A stretch of DNA of 61,319 nucleotides, the filler included, from Welwitschia mirabilis (Eukaryota), in assembly GCA_051453625.1 (NCBI GenBank). It is 6 parts of one record of this genome, joined end to end, with 100 filler letters (N's around TTAATTAATTAA, not from the genome) between each part and the next. Parts side by side here need not be neighbours in the genome. Positions count along the whole stretch, not along the records: positions 1 to 12,445 come from JBOZIK010000001.1; 5 more parts are not named here. One strand, 5' to 3'. Within the stretch, counting starts at the first letter, position 1; every line of letters starts with the position of its first letter. Below are positions 1 to 12,545 of the stretch, piece by piece. The position numbers and the translations under genes were made by a program. The notes below the pieces were generated by a model. That model was not told where the DNA came from and did no database searches. It saw only the letters and a program-made list of their open reading frames with translations.

Positions 1-750
1 CTAACTTAGAAAAGCGGATGAAGGAGGAGCAAAGTCTAGCAAGCCTAGAAGTTTAGAACTCATTAGTCATTGTAATATTTTACCATTTTATGTATAGTAT
101 ACATTTGTATAAGTAATAAAAAAATTTTATTTCTATCAATGAAATATTATTAATTCATCTTTTGTTCCATGCTTATATTATTTTTTAGTTATCTTCATGA
201 AAACAAATTCATATTTATTTGTAGCTAAAGCCAGTTTACTTTNNNNNNNNNNNNNNNNNNNNNNNNNNNNNNNNNNNNNNNNNNNNNNNNNNNNNNNNNN
301 NNNNNNNNNNNNNNNNNNNNNNNNNNNNNNNNNNNNNNNNNNNNNNNNNNNNNNNNNNNNNNNNNNNNNNNNNNNNNNNNNNNNNNNNNNNNNNNNNNNN
401 NATACAAATAATGAATAAGATAATTTCATTATGTCATTTTTAATTAAAGAAAATATCATATATTTCATTAGCATATTAAAAAAATATACAAATAATGAAT
501 AAGATAATTTGATTGTGTCATTTTTAATTAAAGAAGAAATGATTAATGTAATTTATTTCATATGAGTCATAATGAATATTAATCTTATAACTATTATTAA
601 TCAGTGGCTGGTAACTACTAGCTTAGATATATANNNNNNNNNNNNNNNNNNNNNNNNNNNNNNNNNNNNNNNNNNNNNNNNNNNNNNNNNNNNNNNNNNN
701 NNNNNNNNNNNNNNNNNNNNNNNNNNNNNNNNNCTTAGATATATAATACA

Positions 751-775
751 TATATATATATATATATATATATAT
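751..775. repeat. (TA)n microsatellite
   Basis: Direct reading of the sequence. Confidence 0.95.
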
Positions 776-2149
776 CTCGGCAAAAAAATTTGATAAATCT
801 CAACCACCTTTTAGAGATTTATATATATATATGTATGTATGTATTATATATCTAGTTTTTACATTAATACACTAAGAAGATACTATAACACACACGAGAA
901 AATGAAAGGGAAGAGAACATATATAGTAAGGTTTACAGAGTCGGATTTGAGAAAGGAGGGAACGTTTTGCGCTTTCTGGATGTGCCAAAATAATGCCTTT
1001 CTTGCCTCTCATCTCCTTGCTTTTCAAAGGTGGCCTTGTACCAAGGAAGATGTAAGCCATGGAATCTACGTATGGACATGCACTCGCCGACATAATAAAA
1101 CAAACCAAATCACATGCCATCACACATCCATCACCCAATATGGTGATGCTGGGGCTTCAGCTTGGAATTTTACTCAGTTTTTGTGCTTTACGGCCACACC
1201 AAACAATGTAACCGTCAAAAACAAAACATATAAGTAATATTTATAATGATATTAAATATTATTAGTCAGGCGGAGAAGATCTGCCGTCAAATTTCAGTCT
1301 TGTGAGCCAAGTGCACGTCAAAAACATGAACCCCATCGGCCGTGCCTCAACACTCAATTCAAAGGCCGACACGTCATATTCACCCCTTCCATTGCCATGT
1401 GAGATGTGAGTTGAGACACGGACGGCTTCCGTCGCTTGTCAGCGTAAACACCGTAACCAACGTCAACAAACGCACTCACACTACACACACACACACAGAC
1501 GAACGAACGAACAAACGAGAAAGAGAAACGGTATCCGTCAACCTCATTATTCCTCCATCCATACACTCCATGTAATGCGTTATGCATGTATGGTATTGGT
1601 GGGAGCATCGCATCATGAGCCATCCGTCCTTAAGTCGGGCACGCATGGCGTTGGCTTGGTGAGCCGCTCACACGTAACAGACTTTTCCAGGGCTATACGT
1701 GGCGCCCTTTCACTGGAAGCAACAGAGTGTCATCCATGTGATCGGACTTAAACGCTGCCTTGGTATCGCCAACGCTACGCGTTTGTCAGACAGGGTCGCC
1801 GCGCGCTCCAATTTGACGTCAGTTAGGGCGGCGCAGACCTATTCCGAGCCTAATATCATGAAGAGCTCATAAAGTCGCCCTGCTCTGCACCGCATTTATT
1901 CGGCTCGGCGCTTGGCTCGGTTGTACGCTTGTCACTAGCCTGTACTCTCTAGTGTTGCGGATTACCCTCCCTTTCACTGACGCAACGAGAGTATGAGTAT
2001 ATGATTGCCCATACACATACCTATCACTGACATACTCATGGCATGTGGGCATGTGTACATGGAAGTGCATGGCAGTATTTGCAGTGGCAGTTGAGCCAAC
2101 AATAAACGAGCGGAAAGCGCGTGGTGTTATCATTCGCTCCACCATCACC

Positions 2150-2200
2150 ATGATGATGGTGATGATGACGATAATGATGTGAATGATGATGAGTGACGAT
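2150..2200. repeat. Degenerate (ATG/GAT)n trinucleotide repeat
   Basis: atgatgatggtgatgatgacgataatgatgtgaatgatgatgagtgacgat. Confidence 0.8.
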
Positions 2201-2992
2201 TTGCTAAGTTAAATTTAAACGTTCGTTCTTAATTCCTCATTCTTTTGTTTGCTGAGCTGTCAGACGATAGACGTCACGTCACGCTACTGCCACTCGCACT
2301 CCTCACCACTGAGCACTCACGGATAAGGCAAGGCCTTGTTTCGTGGCACTGCTGTTGACAGCTCGGATTTGAGGTCCACTTGCCACGTGTATGAACGGGG
2401 TGGGGAGACAAAGCAAGCCCTCCCTAGTGCGACCCCACTTGGATGGCTTGTTAAGCTCAGGAACCCACCCGTACCCGTTTCGTGCGAGAGTGAGCAGTAA
2501 TGGGGAGGAATTCCCAAGTGCCTTAGGCTAAGATTTTTTTGGTTTTTTAATCGAAGAAGCTAAACCACCTCCCATGTTATGTACTATATGCATTAAGGTG
2601 ATGACACATGGCATTGAATTTGAAACNNNNNNNNNNNNNNNNNNNNNNNNNNNNNNNNNNNNNNNNNNNNNNNNNNNNNNNNNNNNNNNNNNNNNNNNNN
2701 NNNNNNNNNNNNNNNNNNNNNNNNNNATTTGAAACTTGTGGTGTGCATTTCAGCTGTACACCTTATTTAATATGAGATATTAGACTGTTTAGCCCGCTCC
2801 TTTTTTTTAATATGGGAGAGTGAGAGTTCCGTTTCGAGTCCGTCTATCAAAATGGGCCCTCACGTACACTGGCAGCGCCTACTGCTTTAAACTAGACATT
2901 CCATATCGCCCACCCGGCTTTATCCAAAGACACCTATAAAACTACGATTAAGATTCTGGCTTAGCTGATCATTGGTCACCACCTTCTTTAAG

Positions 2993-3028
2993 TTGACTGT
3001 CTTTGACCGTAGTTCTATTGAGTTGACT
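2993..3028 (+). promoter_or_regulatory. Cluster of three W-boxes (TTGACY)
   Basis: TTGACT 2993-2998, TTGACC 3003-3008 and TTGACT 3023-3028, all in the same orientation. Confidence 0.4.
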
Positions 3029-5893
3029 AGTCTTTTCGCGATCCAATTGAACGCGACGCTGTAGCGATTAGCTTGTGTCGGCAGAGCAAAATCTCACCGA
3101 AGTTTTTCGACAAAAAGAAGCTCTAACTGAGCGTCGTACGCTATTAATGACTTGAAATGAAATTTTGCGCTCTGTTGAACTCTGTGAAAGAAGCCGAGAA
3201 TTTCGTGGGTGATACACTGCCTCCAGAAAATAGTACATATTCCGTCCGCGCATTTAGTCTTCAAAATATTTGATATTTCATGTCTTACACAAATCATAAA
3301 CTAATTTTTACATGTCTTAGTGGAGGTGTAGAGAGATAATGTTTACATACGGTACAGACAGTTACGGCTTGCATCCTCAAAGGTAGTCACTGGTGAACAA
3401 CGTTGTACAGTACATGTTTTTGCTACTTGTGGTGAGTGCCTATAGGTACTCCGGTTGTGTAGATTGTCGCTGAGACAAGTACGGAAGACATGCCTTCCTC
3501 TGCGTCTCTCCGGGAACCTGCAGCCATACATATCACTCCGCTGTTCATCGTTGTCCGCAACCTGTACCAGCGAATTGGCTGAATTGTGATACCGACCTTG
3601 CACCCAACCTTCATGGACGTTCAATAACGCCCGCCTGGTCTAATGGAATGGCTGTATTTATGACGTCACGATGATGCATGCAACTGAGACTTTAAAAGGG
3701 GACCGTTATTTCAATACACGATGTTTTAATTAAAAAACAGAAGATAAGTCAGTCACCGGAATTGAAGGACCAAAGGTGGCCGTAAAATTCGAGGTCATAG
3801 TTGATACACTTCGTAACGTTGACGAGCCCTCTCGCTCGATTCTGATCTGGTGTTGCGGTGTCCCGTCCCGTCTGGGATTGTGGGTGACCACTGACGTAGC
3901 GCCTACGTCTGTTGATGAAACCGCGGGATCAGGCTTCCTCTCAAACGTTACAGAGATCAGAAGCGTTTGTTTTCACAAACGGATAGAGCAACTACAGTGA
4001 TACTGCTCTCAATTCTCAGAGTCGCAAGCAACTATATCATGTGATTTGAAAGAAGCACCGCCCATTTCGTGATTTTTTCAAACCTGTAGTGGAAGAGGGT
4101 CGAGCGCTTGTGAGCTTACGTTCTTGCAGTATACTTTGACATTTCAGCCGTGGAGTAGGGGTTGGATTTATGGTTAGAAGGAAGGTGTGCAGAGGCAGAT
4201 GACGTTGCAGTGCCGGCATGGATGTTCGACATTTCGACATCACATGCTCACATGCATCTGCAACTGCAAATACAGTTTCGCCAAGGAAGACCTACCAAAG
4301 TACCGAACCAAATAGTCAATGTTCAACACTAAACAATCCTTCAGCCGGAGTTAAGCCACTGCCTGTGGCTGTGGCGTCACCCGTGGGTCCACGTCCACCC
4401 AATTGACTAGAACAGCCGCTTGCCACTCATGTCGCTACGGATTCCAACTCTTTATTCGCAGTTCAGAAGGGAATGGGGGCGACCGAGCGAAGCAGACGCT
4501 CACTCGTCGTTCTGTTAGCGAGGCTGCTCGCGGTCAGCTCGCAGATTATCTAGTGCGTGACTAGGTGCGGTCTGCAGCACATGAGTCGAGTACAAGCACA
4601 GGCATCATGCAGGAACATGCAGATATGGAGATGAGATGTCATGTTAAGTCCATGTGTGTGAATGATGGCATGGCCACCGAAGCGATAGTGGTACTGGTGA
4701 GGACGCGACGCTGATGTTAACAACAGCGTAGAGCCATGCATACGCACAAATGTATATAAATATTATTCATGCAGGAGAATAAGGGACACGATGCGCTTGC
4801 GAGGAGTTGGATCTAGTGCCAAATTTATTAAATGGCTTATGGTTTGTTTCGGTGGGATTTGAGCGGAAGCGCACCCGTATGCGCACTCTGCTGAAGCTGC
4901 TGCGTGCCTGTCTGCCTGCCGTTTCTGCTTTGTCGAGTCCATCGAAGCATTCATTCCATTTCCATACACCAATCATTATCACCCTTCGTATATTCATACA
5001 TTACCATGATACATGAAATGCGTAGCGTCTCAACTGTAAGCCCCTACTCACCCATGAGGCAAGGGCAGGGGCACACCACTCGTTAAATATTGAGACGGAC
5101 TGGTGAAGACCAGAGAGAGAGTGGTAGTGCTGCATCAGCCATCAGGAAATTGCACTTTGGCCTACAACCTGCGCTCGCAGTGTTTCCTTCGGGCATAAGG
5201 AACCCTGACCTCACTTTCAGCCTGAAGGCTTCCTCGTCCGACTCCGACCTAACATGTAGTGAATCCTGCCGCGAATTATTTCAGGCCATCCTTTTTACTT
5301 GTCCTCGCTTTTGCTTTTCGATTGCCCTTTGTTACTAAATCCAGTACGTCCCGCGCGCCAGGTAGTCCGAGGAGTAAAGCGTATGCAATAGTAATAGCCA
5401 TAGCAATTGCATCGCTGCGCCTGCGGTTGATGTTTGCAGAAGTTTGGTGAGATCATCACCCCATTAATAAGCCGTCAGTGGTCATGGCGGTTCCGCAGGG
5501 CGAGCTCGAACTTCGTATACACATGTGAATCATGATCAACGAGATTAGATAAGGTTACAAGCCTCCCGCGCTGGCCCTGCAAATGCTCCTGGATCGGAAG
5601 CGGAACATGGACAATTGTAATAGTTAGCTGCGCCTGCGCTCCATCCTTTCCACGGCTTTTCTCTGATGTTGCTCGGGTCCGCTGCTGACTCTGCCCCCGC
5701 GTCTGCGTCTGCCTGTTCCTGTGCGTCTGTCGATTCACTTACCCTTGGGTACTTCTCTACTCCCTTTCTGCTATATCTGCTCATCATCACTTATTTCATC
5801 CTTTCAAAACTCTGTTGCTGTCACAGAACTCATTTGATAGTTTTGCCCAAAATTACTTGGTACAGGTGGAATTACAAGGAGGGACAGGAAGGT

Positions 5894-7303
5894 ATGCAGG
5901 AAGATGGCCTAGTGTTGAAACGTCCGTCTGAGATGATGCAGGCGTTGTGTCCGAACCCTGTTCCTCCTCCTTCAGCGGCTCATCTCATGGGCATGAACCC
6001 CAGACTGAAGGCCAACCTTGAAATGGCACCAAAGTGCCCTCGCTGTGACTCCTCCAACACAAAGTTCTGCTACTACAACAACTACAGTCTGTCTCAGCCG
6101 CGCTACTTCTGCAAGACCTGCAGGCGCTACTGGACGAAGGGTGGCTCTCTCAGAAACGTTCCTGTCGGTGGAGGTTGCAGAAAGAACAAACGACCGAAGA
6201 AAGCACCCCCACAACACCGCCCTCTCTGTGTCAACCCTAACCCTAATTCCAACGATCCCAATTGTACCACAGCGCCAACCACAAGCACAAGCACGAGCAC
6301 GAGCAACGCGGATTGTGATGAGCACCAACCCAATCCCGCTGCGAATTTTGACCAGATGAATTTGAGCAGGCCATTACCATCTATGTATTTCAGCCTTCTG
6401 AACCAAAACCAAAATCAGCAACCCACTGACGCCCTCGGAGCGCTTGCCTTCTCAGGCAGATCTCTGCAAATTCAACAGCCATTTCCATATTTTGGCATGG
6501 CAATGGCAGCGGATGCAACCATGGCAAGGGGATTGGCTGTGGATGTGCTATCATCATCGTCCTCTACAGACCTTATGCCAAATATCTCTACTATGCAGTC
6601 TCTGGAAGGATCCTCACCCAACAACAACATGACTGTGGATGACGAATTCGCGCGCAGAGGGAGAATCAGATCGTGCTTAGCCCAAGCAGAGTCTCCTCTG
6701 ACGCCTCAGACTGCAACAACAGCAGCGAGGACCACCCCCACCACTGCACATCTTAACGCAATTTATGATTCCGTGGCGTCATCTACGACTTCAACGACCA
6801 CGGCAAACATGTTGCACATGGGCGACGAGATCAATGACGCGTTGCCGTTGCCCTTGAGCAATTACATCGCAGTTAACTGCGATGCCCAACAGCAAAATCA
6901 ACATCAACAGCAAAGGCATCAAGTGCCCATCAACAACCAGCGCATGATGAGCATGATGATGAACCCGCTTCCCTTGTTGCGTACTCTGCAACAACAGCAT
7001 TCTCAACACGGAGGACATAATAGCAATAATATTAATCTGCAACACACCGACGGCAACGCGAACGACGTGCAGTCTGAATGCGAGAAACAACACAAGTTCG
7101 ATAGTAACCTCGGTTTCAATTCCACGCACTTCCTGACGAACTGCAACACTCAGGTGCCTAAACCCGATGACGGTGAGAGTCCCTGCAATTGGCCGGTTGC
7201 TCTTCCATGCTTTTCTACAGCCGACACCTTCAATTCAAATGTTCCATGGCCTCCCGAATTCCCATCATGTGCTCTTCCTAACTTCTCTAATAGCGTCATC
7301 TAG
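5894..7303 (+). CDS. DOF: Dof (DNA-binding with one finger) C2C2 zinc-finger transcription factor; main exon. True start uncertain (probable short upstream exon and intron).
   Basis: Intact ORF 5666-7303 contains the canonical Dof domain [50 protein letters not shown] (~6035-6184), followed by Q/N/T/S-rich low-complexity regions. 5630-5865 is pyrimidine-rich and intron-like with AG acceptors at 5826, 5840 and 5865; the first in-frame ATG after it is 5894. The pre-domain motif ([15 protein letters not shown]) resembles the Arabidopsis DOF1.2/DOF3.5 type (recalled, not searched). Confidence 0.95.
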   Translation: MQEDGLVLKRPSEMMQALCPNPVPPPSAAHLMGMNPRLKANLEMAPKCPRCDSSNTKFCYYNNYSLSQPRYFCKTCRRYWTKGGSLRNVPVGGGCRKNKRPKKAPPQHRPLCVNPNPNSNDPNCTTAPTTSTSTSTSNADCDEHQPNPAANFDQMNLSRPLPSMYFSLLNQNQNQQPTDALGALAFSGRSLQIQQPFPYFGMAMAADATMARGLAVDVLSSSSSTDLMPNISTMQSLEGSSPNNNMTVDDEFARRGRIRSCLAQAESPLTPQTATTAARTTPTTAHLNAIYDSVASSTTSTTTANMLHMGDEINDALPLPLSNYIAVNCDAQQQNQHQQQRHQVPINNQRMMSMMMNPLPLLRTLQQQHSQHGGHNSNNINLQHTDGNANDVQSECEKQHKFDSNLGFNSTHFLTNCNTQVPKPDDGESPCNWPVALPCFSTADTFNSNVPWPPEFPSCALPNFSNSVI

Positions 7304-8092
7304 ATTCTAGAAATGCTTTCTCCATGCCATTTTCATCACAGAGGGTGCTTAATTCAGCACTTGTTAAATTTCAATTGATTAATTAGACTGAGTTTTTGCT
7401 TTTTATCGTAATAACATTTGCCTTCCTGCTGGTGTAAGCGATCGGCTGAGTCTTGTTTGCTTGTTGGGTTGTTCATTAAACATCGAAAATTGCAGAGGGG
7501 ATGTCCGAATTCACAATTCAAAGTCCAAGCGAAGTTGAAGAATATGACCACCTTCCATGTAATTCTGTATTTTCAAATCCCATAAACAATCAATGGATGT
7601 GATTAAATTATTTCAAAGCGTAAGCAACTGCAAATTACTAGAATTGTCTTGCGTTTTTGCGGTGTTAATTGCTATGTCGATGTGATGAGATGGTATGCAA
7701 CTCAGAAAACCCGAGGTGTTAATCTCTGGTGAAACAGCGAGAATTGTAGGTCTGGCATGAATATGAATCGAGTAGGCAGAGAAAATAGAAATAACTAATA
7801 TCAGGATGAGTGGTGGGCACGGACAGAGGGCACGCTGCGGAGACCGGAAGATGCCGTAGAGGAGGGAGGTGAATTTGCAGGAGGAGATGGAGATACGCAG
7901 GTGAGAGACAGCAGATGAAAAAGTTTGTTTGGATGTTGTAGGGGATGGTTCGTCGCAGCAACTGCGTGAATCACAAAATCTTCCAGAAAATAACAATAGT
8001 GAGGAACGAATGAATGAATCCGTAAGTGGAAACGTGGAAAGGCAAGAATTGGATGCGATGATGACGGTACGTGGGGGTGTGCGTGGGTGTAC

Positions 8093-8094
<2 letters not shown>

Positions 8095-8124
<30 letters not shown>
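8095..8124. repeat. (GA)15 microsatellite downstream of the Dof gene
   Basis: Direct reading of the sequence. Confidence 0.95.
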
Positions 8125-8129
<5 letters not shown>

Positions 8130-10499
8130 TGGGAATTAGATATGTCATATCTCCGCGGTGTGATGTTGGATTTGATATGATGCGTTGCTGGAAGGAACGG
8201 TGGATTGTGATGCAGCAAAGCAAACTTTAGAATCTCATAGTCAACGTCGCCACCATCAAAATCGTGGTTCTCATACCAAAGAGCTTCACAAGAGACAAGT
8301 AGAAACTTAAGCTTACATTGGAATCTTGATTCTCTTGAAGTTCTTAATTTTTCTTGGGAGTTATATTCTGTAGTGGTAACTTACACAAATAACCTATGTA
8401 GAATAAATGGACAATATGTATGAATAAATGCACAACATTTATGTTGATTTTATTGTTTAAATTCAGAGAAAAATACTATACTTTGTGTTAGCTAAAAATA
8501 AGTTTACTATAGAATAGCAAAAAAGAATTTATAGGAGATGTTGAACTCAAAACATTTAGTGATCATCCCTCCCTTAGGAGTGCAATTACCATGAACACTT
8601 AAACAAATGATTTACTTACACCGAAGGTCTCATAGTGTGCCAATTAGGCCATTTAAATATTCAAACCCATGATTTCCTAAAGGGATGACAAGTGTTCTAC
8701 GAGTTGAAATACTATCCCATTGGGAAAAAAATTTATGATAACCTAACATCCTAAATAACAGTTTAAATCATAAATCTAAGTTGTGTATGTGAAATAAAAA
8801 CATCTCATGTAATAATATAAACTTCTAAGTTTCAAAGTGTTTATTTGAAAATAAGAGTTAAACAAACTTTCTTTTATTTTTTGTAGGTATACTCTAGGAC
8901 ATAAATTGAGGATACCATTGAATATAATGCAATAAAATTGCTTCTTGCACTTTAATATTCTTGAGCAGCACTTGGAATAGTTATTCATGATTCTTAAGCA
9001 TTTAGTAATATGTGATTGATATTTGTCTTAAGCATAGTTGTCGCCTACAAGTCATAAGAGGCAAGAGTACATAATCATATTTTAAGTTTATTGGATTAGA
9101 GGTTTCAGCAATGATTACTAAAGGTCGACCGTGTTAATTTTACCTTATTACTAAGTAGGAGTAAAAGTAAAATGCCTTTACACAAACTTTGAGATTATTA
9201 ACTTCAAATATGAGATTTAGAGTAGAAGAAAGAGAGCAAAAGGGAAAAATAATCTCATCTTACTAGGCAAAGGAGACAANNNNNNNNNNNNNNNNNNNNN
9301 NNNNNNNNNNNNNNNNNNNNNNNNNNNNNNNNNNNNNNNNNNNNNNNNNNNNNNNNNNNNNNNNNNNNNNNNNNNNNNNNNNNNNNNNNNNNNNNNNNNN
9401 NNNNNNNNNNNNNNNNNNNNNNNNNNNNNNNNNNNNNNNNNNNNNNNNNNNNNNNNNNNNNNNNNNNNNNNNNNNNNNNNNNNNNNNNNNNNNNNNNNNN
9501 NNNNNNNNNNNNNNNNNNNNNNNNNNNNNNNNNNNNNNNNNNNNNNNNNNNNNNNNNNNNNNNNNNNNNNNNNNNNNNNNNNNNNNNNNNNNNNNNNNNN
9601 NNNNNNNNNNNNNNNNNNNNNNNNNNNNNNNNNNNNNNNNNNNNNNNNNNNNNNNNNNNNNNNNNNNNNNNNNNNNNNNNNNNNNNNNNNNNNNNNNNNN
9701 NNNNNNNNNNNNNNNNNNNNNNNNNNNNNNNNNNNNNNNNNNNNNNNNNNNNNNNNNNNNNNNNNNNNNNNNNNNNNNNNNNNNNNNNNNNNNNNNNNNN
9801 NNNNNNNNNNNNNNNNNNNNNNNNNNNNNNNNNNNNNNNNNNNNNNNNNNNNNNNNNNNNNNNNNNNNNNNNNNNNNNNNNNNNNNNNNNNNNNNNNNNN
9901 NNNNNNNNNNNNNNNNNNNNNNNNNNNNNNNNNNNNNNNNNNNNNNNNNNNNNNNNNNNNNNNNNNNNNNNNNNNNNNNNNNNNNNNNNNTCCTTGACCA
10001 TTTATTTCAATATTTTCATTCTTTTATAGGCATTTTAGACATTTCAATTATCATAATTGAAGGCTTCTATTCCCTGATTCCTTACTCCTCGTAGTAAGTA
10101 ACACTTCAAAATTTTTTGAATAATTACATTGCAAGTTTATATTTGTTTCTTTTAGATGAAGTTACAAGGGTTTCTTAATGCATTCAAGGCTTTTCAAAGG
10201 AAATTGAGACATGCTAGAGATGAGTTTTAATGTTATTGGTAGATATTATAGAAAAGAGCTAAAGTATGATGACCAACTCCCAAACCAACCAGGGCTACCC
10301 TTTCATGTAGTTAAGCAAACTAGAAAACCTAATGAGTATAGTATGATTTTCCATGAATTAATTTATTTTTAAAAAACCCTAGTATTCAAAGAAAGTAATT
10401 GTGTTTATTCACATTCAAATTTACTATTAAGTTCATTTTTCGATGAACCTTATTAACTAAGTGAATAAATTAATATTTTAATTGAGTTAAATAAAAGGG

Positions 10500-11850
10500 A
10501 ATAACATATGCTATACTAAAATAGATTTTAAAATTTAATATATTCAAGAGCATAAATAAATTATAATTTTAGTTAGTCATTATTGCAATGCCAAACTATA
10601 TGTATTTAATAGGGTATTTTGAGTACTTTTGCAGGACATTTAAACAGGTTTAAGTGATTTCAACAATTATGGATAACCAATGGGATGATCACAAAAATAT
10701 GCAATCTTTAGCATATTTGAAAGAACTTCAAGCGAATTCTGATACTTAACATTCGGAGAAGGAGTCTAATGATCTATGAGGTTGATTTTCCTTAACTAAA
10801 GAACTCAAGAGAATGTTGTTCATATTATCGTCTGGATGACGGTAATTGGATGACCTTACGTTTGTAGCTGACAGAGATGTTGAAATAGATCGAGGTTGGA
10901 AACTAAAGAGTGATCTTTTATTATAGGTGCCATCTCCATAGTCATCCAGACAATAGTTAGGATGACACTTATTTTATATAATGATAAAGATAATTTATTA
11001 TCTTTGTAAAGGTGTCACGTACCATATTTGGACTACTAGGTTTTCATTTTTAACTTTTAGCTTTTGTTTCCAAAATCATCTATGTATAACTATAAATACC
11101 TCCTTGCCCTTACTCCCAAAACCATCTTTTATACCTGAAAGTCTTGTGATAGGAGATCGAAGGGCAAGAGATCCATACTAGCTACAAAGAGAAGTCTTCC
11201 TTGGTGTTGGGCTGTGTATCCTCTATAGAGGTGCTGTTACTTTGTAAGTGGATGCTTAATTCGAGATTAATAAAAAGATTGCTTTATTTTCATTATGTGC
11301 ATCTCTCTTATGGTTTATATTGATTATGATTCCATGACAATTTCATAGTTGATCTAGGTCATAAGAACAACCTTTGGAAGGTTGATATTATTAGTTTAAG
11401 TACTTACATTCCATTTCATCTTACATTTTGTGGTTATAGTATTTGCATTTACCTATATTCTGTTTTGATGTGCTTCATATCTTATGTTGGTTAGGGTTGA
11501 TAGTTTTTCCTAATTGATCTAAGTTACATGGATCACTCTTGATGATAAAAAGATTGGTAGTGAAATAGATTCATTACTTAAAGTTATTTCATTTGCATCT
11601 CATTTATAAGTATTGCATTAGCATTTATCTTGCATTGTATTTCTACATTGTTTATTATTTTCATTTACTTAACAAAAAAAGATAAAAAATACTTCACCAA
11701 ATCAAATCTCTAACTTCTTTCCTAGTGCCTTCAAAGGATTACAACATTCGAGTTAACTCCCAACTATACTAGTGTGTGTTTTGTGTAAGCATTTGTGATT
11801 TACATGATTTGCTTAAGGACTTAAGGATTGCATAAAGACATATCGTAACA
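10500..11850 (+). mobile_element. Probable degenerate gypsy-type LTR (solo or orphan); left boundary approximate
   Basis: LTR-like layout: short internal inverted motifs (tctggatgac/gtcatccaga), TATA-like CTATAAATA at ~11090, T-rich U5-like tract, and a ...TATCGTAACA end at 11850. No matching 5' terminus or TSD found. Confidence 0.35.
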
Positions 11851-12280
11851 ATCATGCTTCATGTAACATAATAATATTTTATTTCTTAATCTGAAGAAAA
11901 ATTGAAGAACAATTACAATCATGATTTACTCAGATTGATCAAATGATAAAGGATCACAATAGATTTCATATAGATAATCTTGTCATAACATATAAGTACT
12001 GAAATAATTACCTAATATTAAATTAATAAAGGTTTTAATTAGGGAAAAAATTATTAAAAATTAATAAACTTAGAAATTAGTATCAGTTATTAAATAATTT
12101 ATTTATTTATAATTATTAAATTTAGTTACAACACATATATAATATGGGTTAAAAATAAAATATACATCAAAATGAATCATGTGCATTTAAATTCAAGTTT
12201 ATGAAATTGCTTCAAAAAATTTTAACTTTTTGGTGGTTATTTTGTTATTAAAAATATAGATGCATCATTTCGTACTCATC

Positions 12281-12443
12281 ATTGGTACAAATTAAGCCTC
12301 TATCCAAATCACTTGGCATGTGGATCGAGAGGGAGATTGTTGGGTGTGCGGTCCCCATGCCCAGCCCGACAAGTGGGTAATATGATGGGTTCCAGTTTCC
12401 ACTAATAGTCATGGCTTTTGGTGTGATGGTAAAGGGCCCAACA
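12281..12443 (+). mobile_element. TRIM-like miniature LTR element: degenerate PBS, ~55-nt internal region, PPT and a 106-bp LTR (12338-12443)
   Basis: TGGTACAAATTAAGCC (resembles the tRNA-Met PBS TGGTATCAGAGCC) at ~12283, PPT GAGAGGGAGA 12327-12336, and an LTR with perfect 7-bp terminal inverted repeats TGTTGGG...CCCAACA. A second copy starts at 41458. Confidence 0.7.
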
Positions 12444-12445
12444 AT

Positions 12446-12545
12446 NNNNNNNNNNNNNNNNNNNNNNNNNNNNNNNNNNNNNNNNNNNNTTAATTAATTA
12501 ANNNNNNNNNNNNNNNNNNNNNNNNNNNNNNNNNNNNNNNNNNNN
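12446..12545. other. Artificial scaffold linker (N44-TTAATTAATTAA-N44); also at 25572-25671, 41540-41639, 55452-55551 and 58058-58157
   Basis: An identical 12-mer with stops in all frames is centred in five 100-bp N gaps. Confidence 0.95.

Larger units (their letters stand above)
1260..5620 (+). promoter_or_regulatory. CpG-rich upstream regulatory region / 5' leader of the Dof gene
   Basis: Much richer in GC and CpG than the TE-derived DNA elsewhere, with no credible ORF. Contains ACGT-core elements (TGACGTCA ~1815 and ~3661, GCCACGTG ~2382), a W-box triplet at 2993-3028 and a TATA-like TATATAAA at ~4753. Confidence 0.55.

Noticed and set aside
178..807. ORFs spanning N runs (also 9255-10001 and 55720-57880)
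   Set aside because: Artefacts of translating through gaps, except the gag part of 56382-56700.
1985..2500. Possible miRNA precursors (short inverted repeat ~1990-2040; GAGAGTGAGCA resembling part of miR156 at ~2486)
   Set aside because: No full mature-miRNA match and no extended hairpin visible.
2559..2793. Possible MITE (GCTAAAC...GTTTAGC ends) in the Dof upstream region
   Set aside because: Inverted match is only ~7 bp, the middle is an N gap and no TSD is evident.
5666..5865. N-terminal ~67 aa of the 545-aa ORF as real protein
   Set aside because: Pyrimidine-rich, intron-like sequence ending in AG acceptors; the hydrophobic translation is probably read-through of an intron.
7613..8223. 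201-aa and 140-aa minus-strand ORFs downstream of Dof
   Set aside because: Low-complexity S/L/P products driven by (CT)n and compositional bias; no recognisable domain.
12490..12501. Recurrent palindromic TTAATTAATTAA (also 25616, 41584, 55496, 58102)
   Set aside because: Always centred in a 100-bp N gap; a scaffolding linker, not biology.
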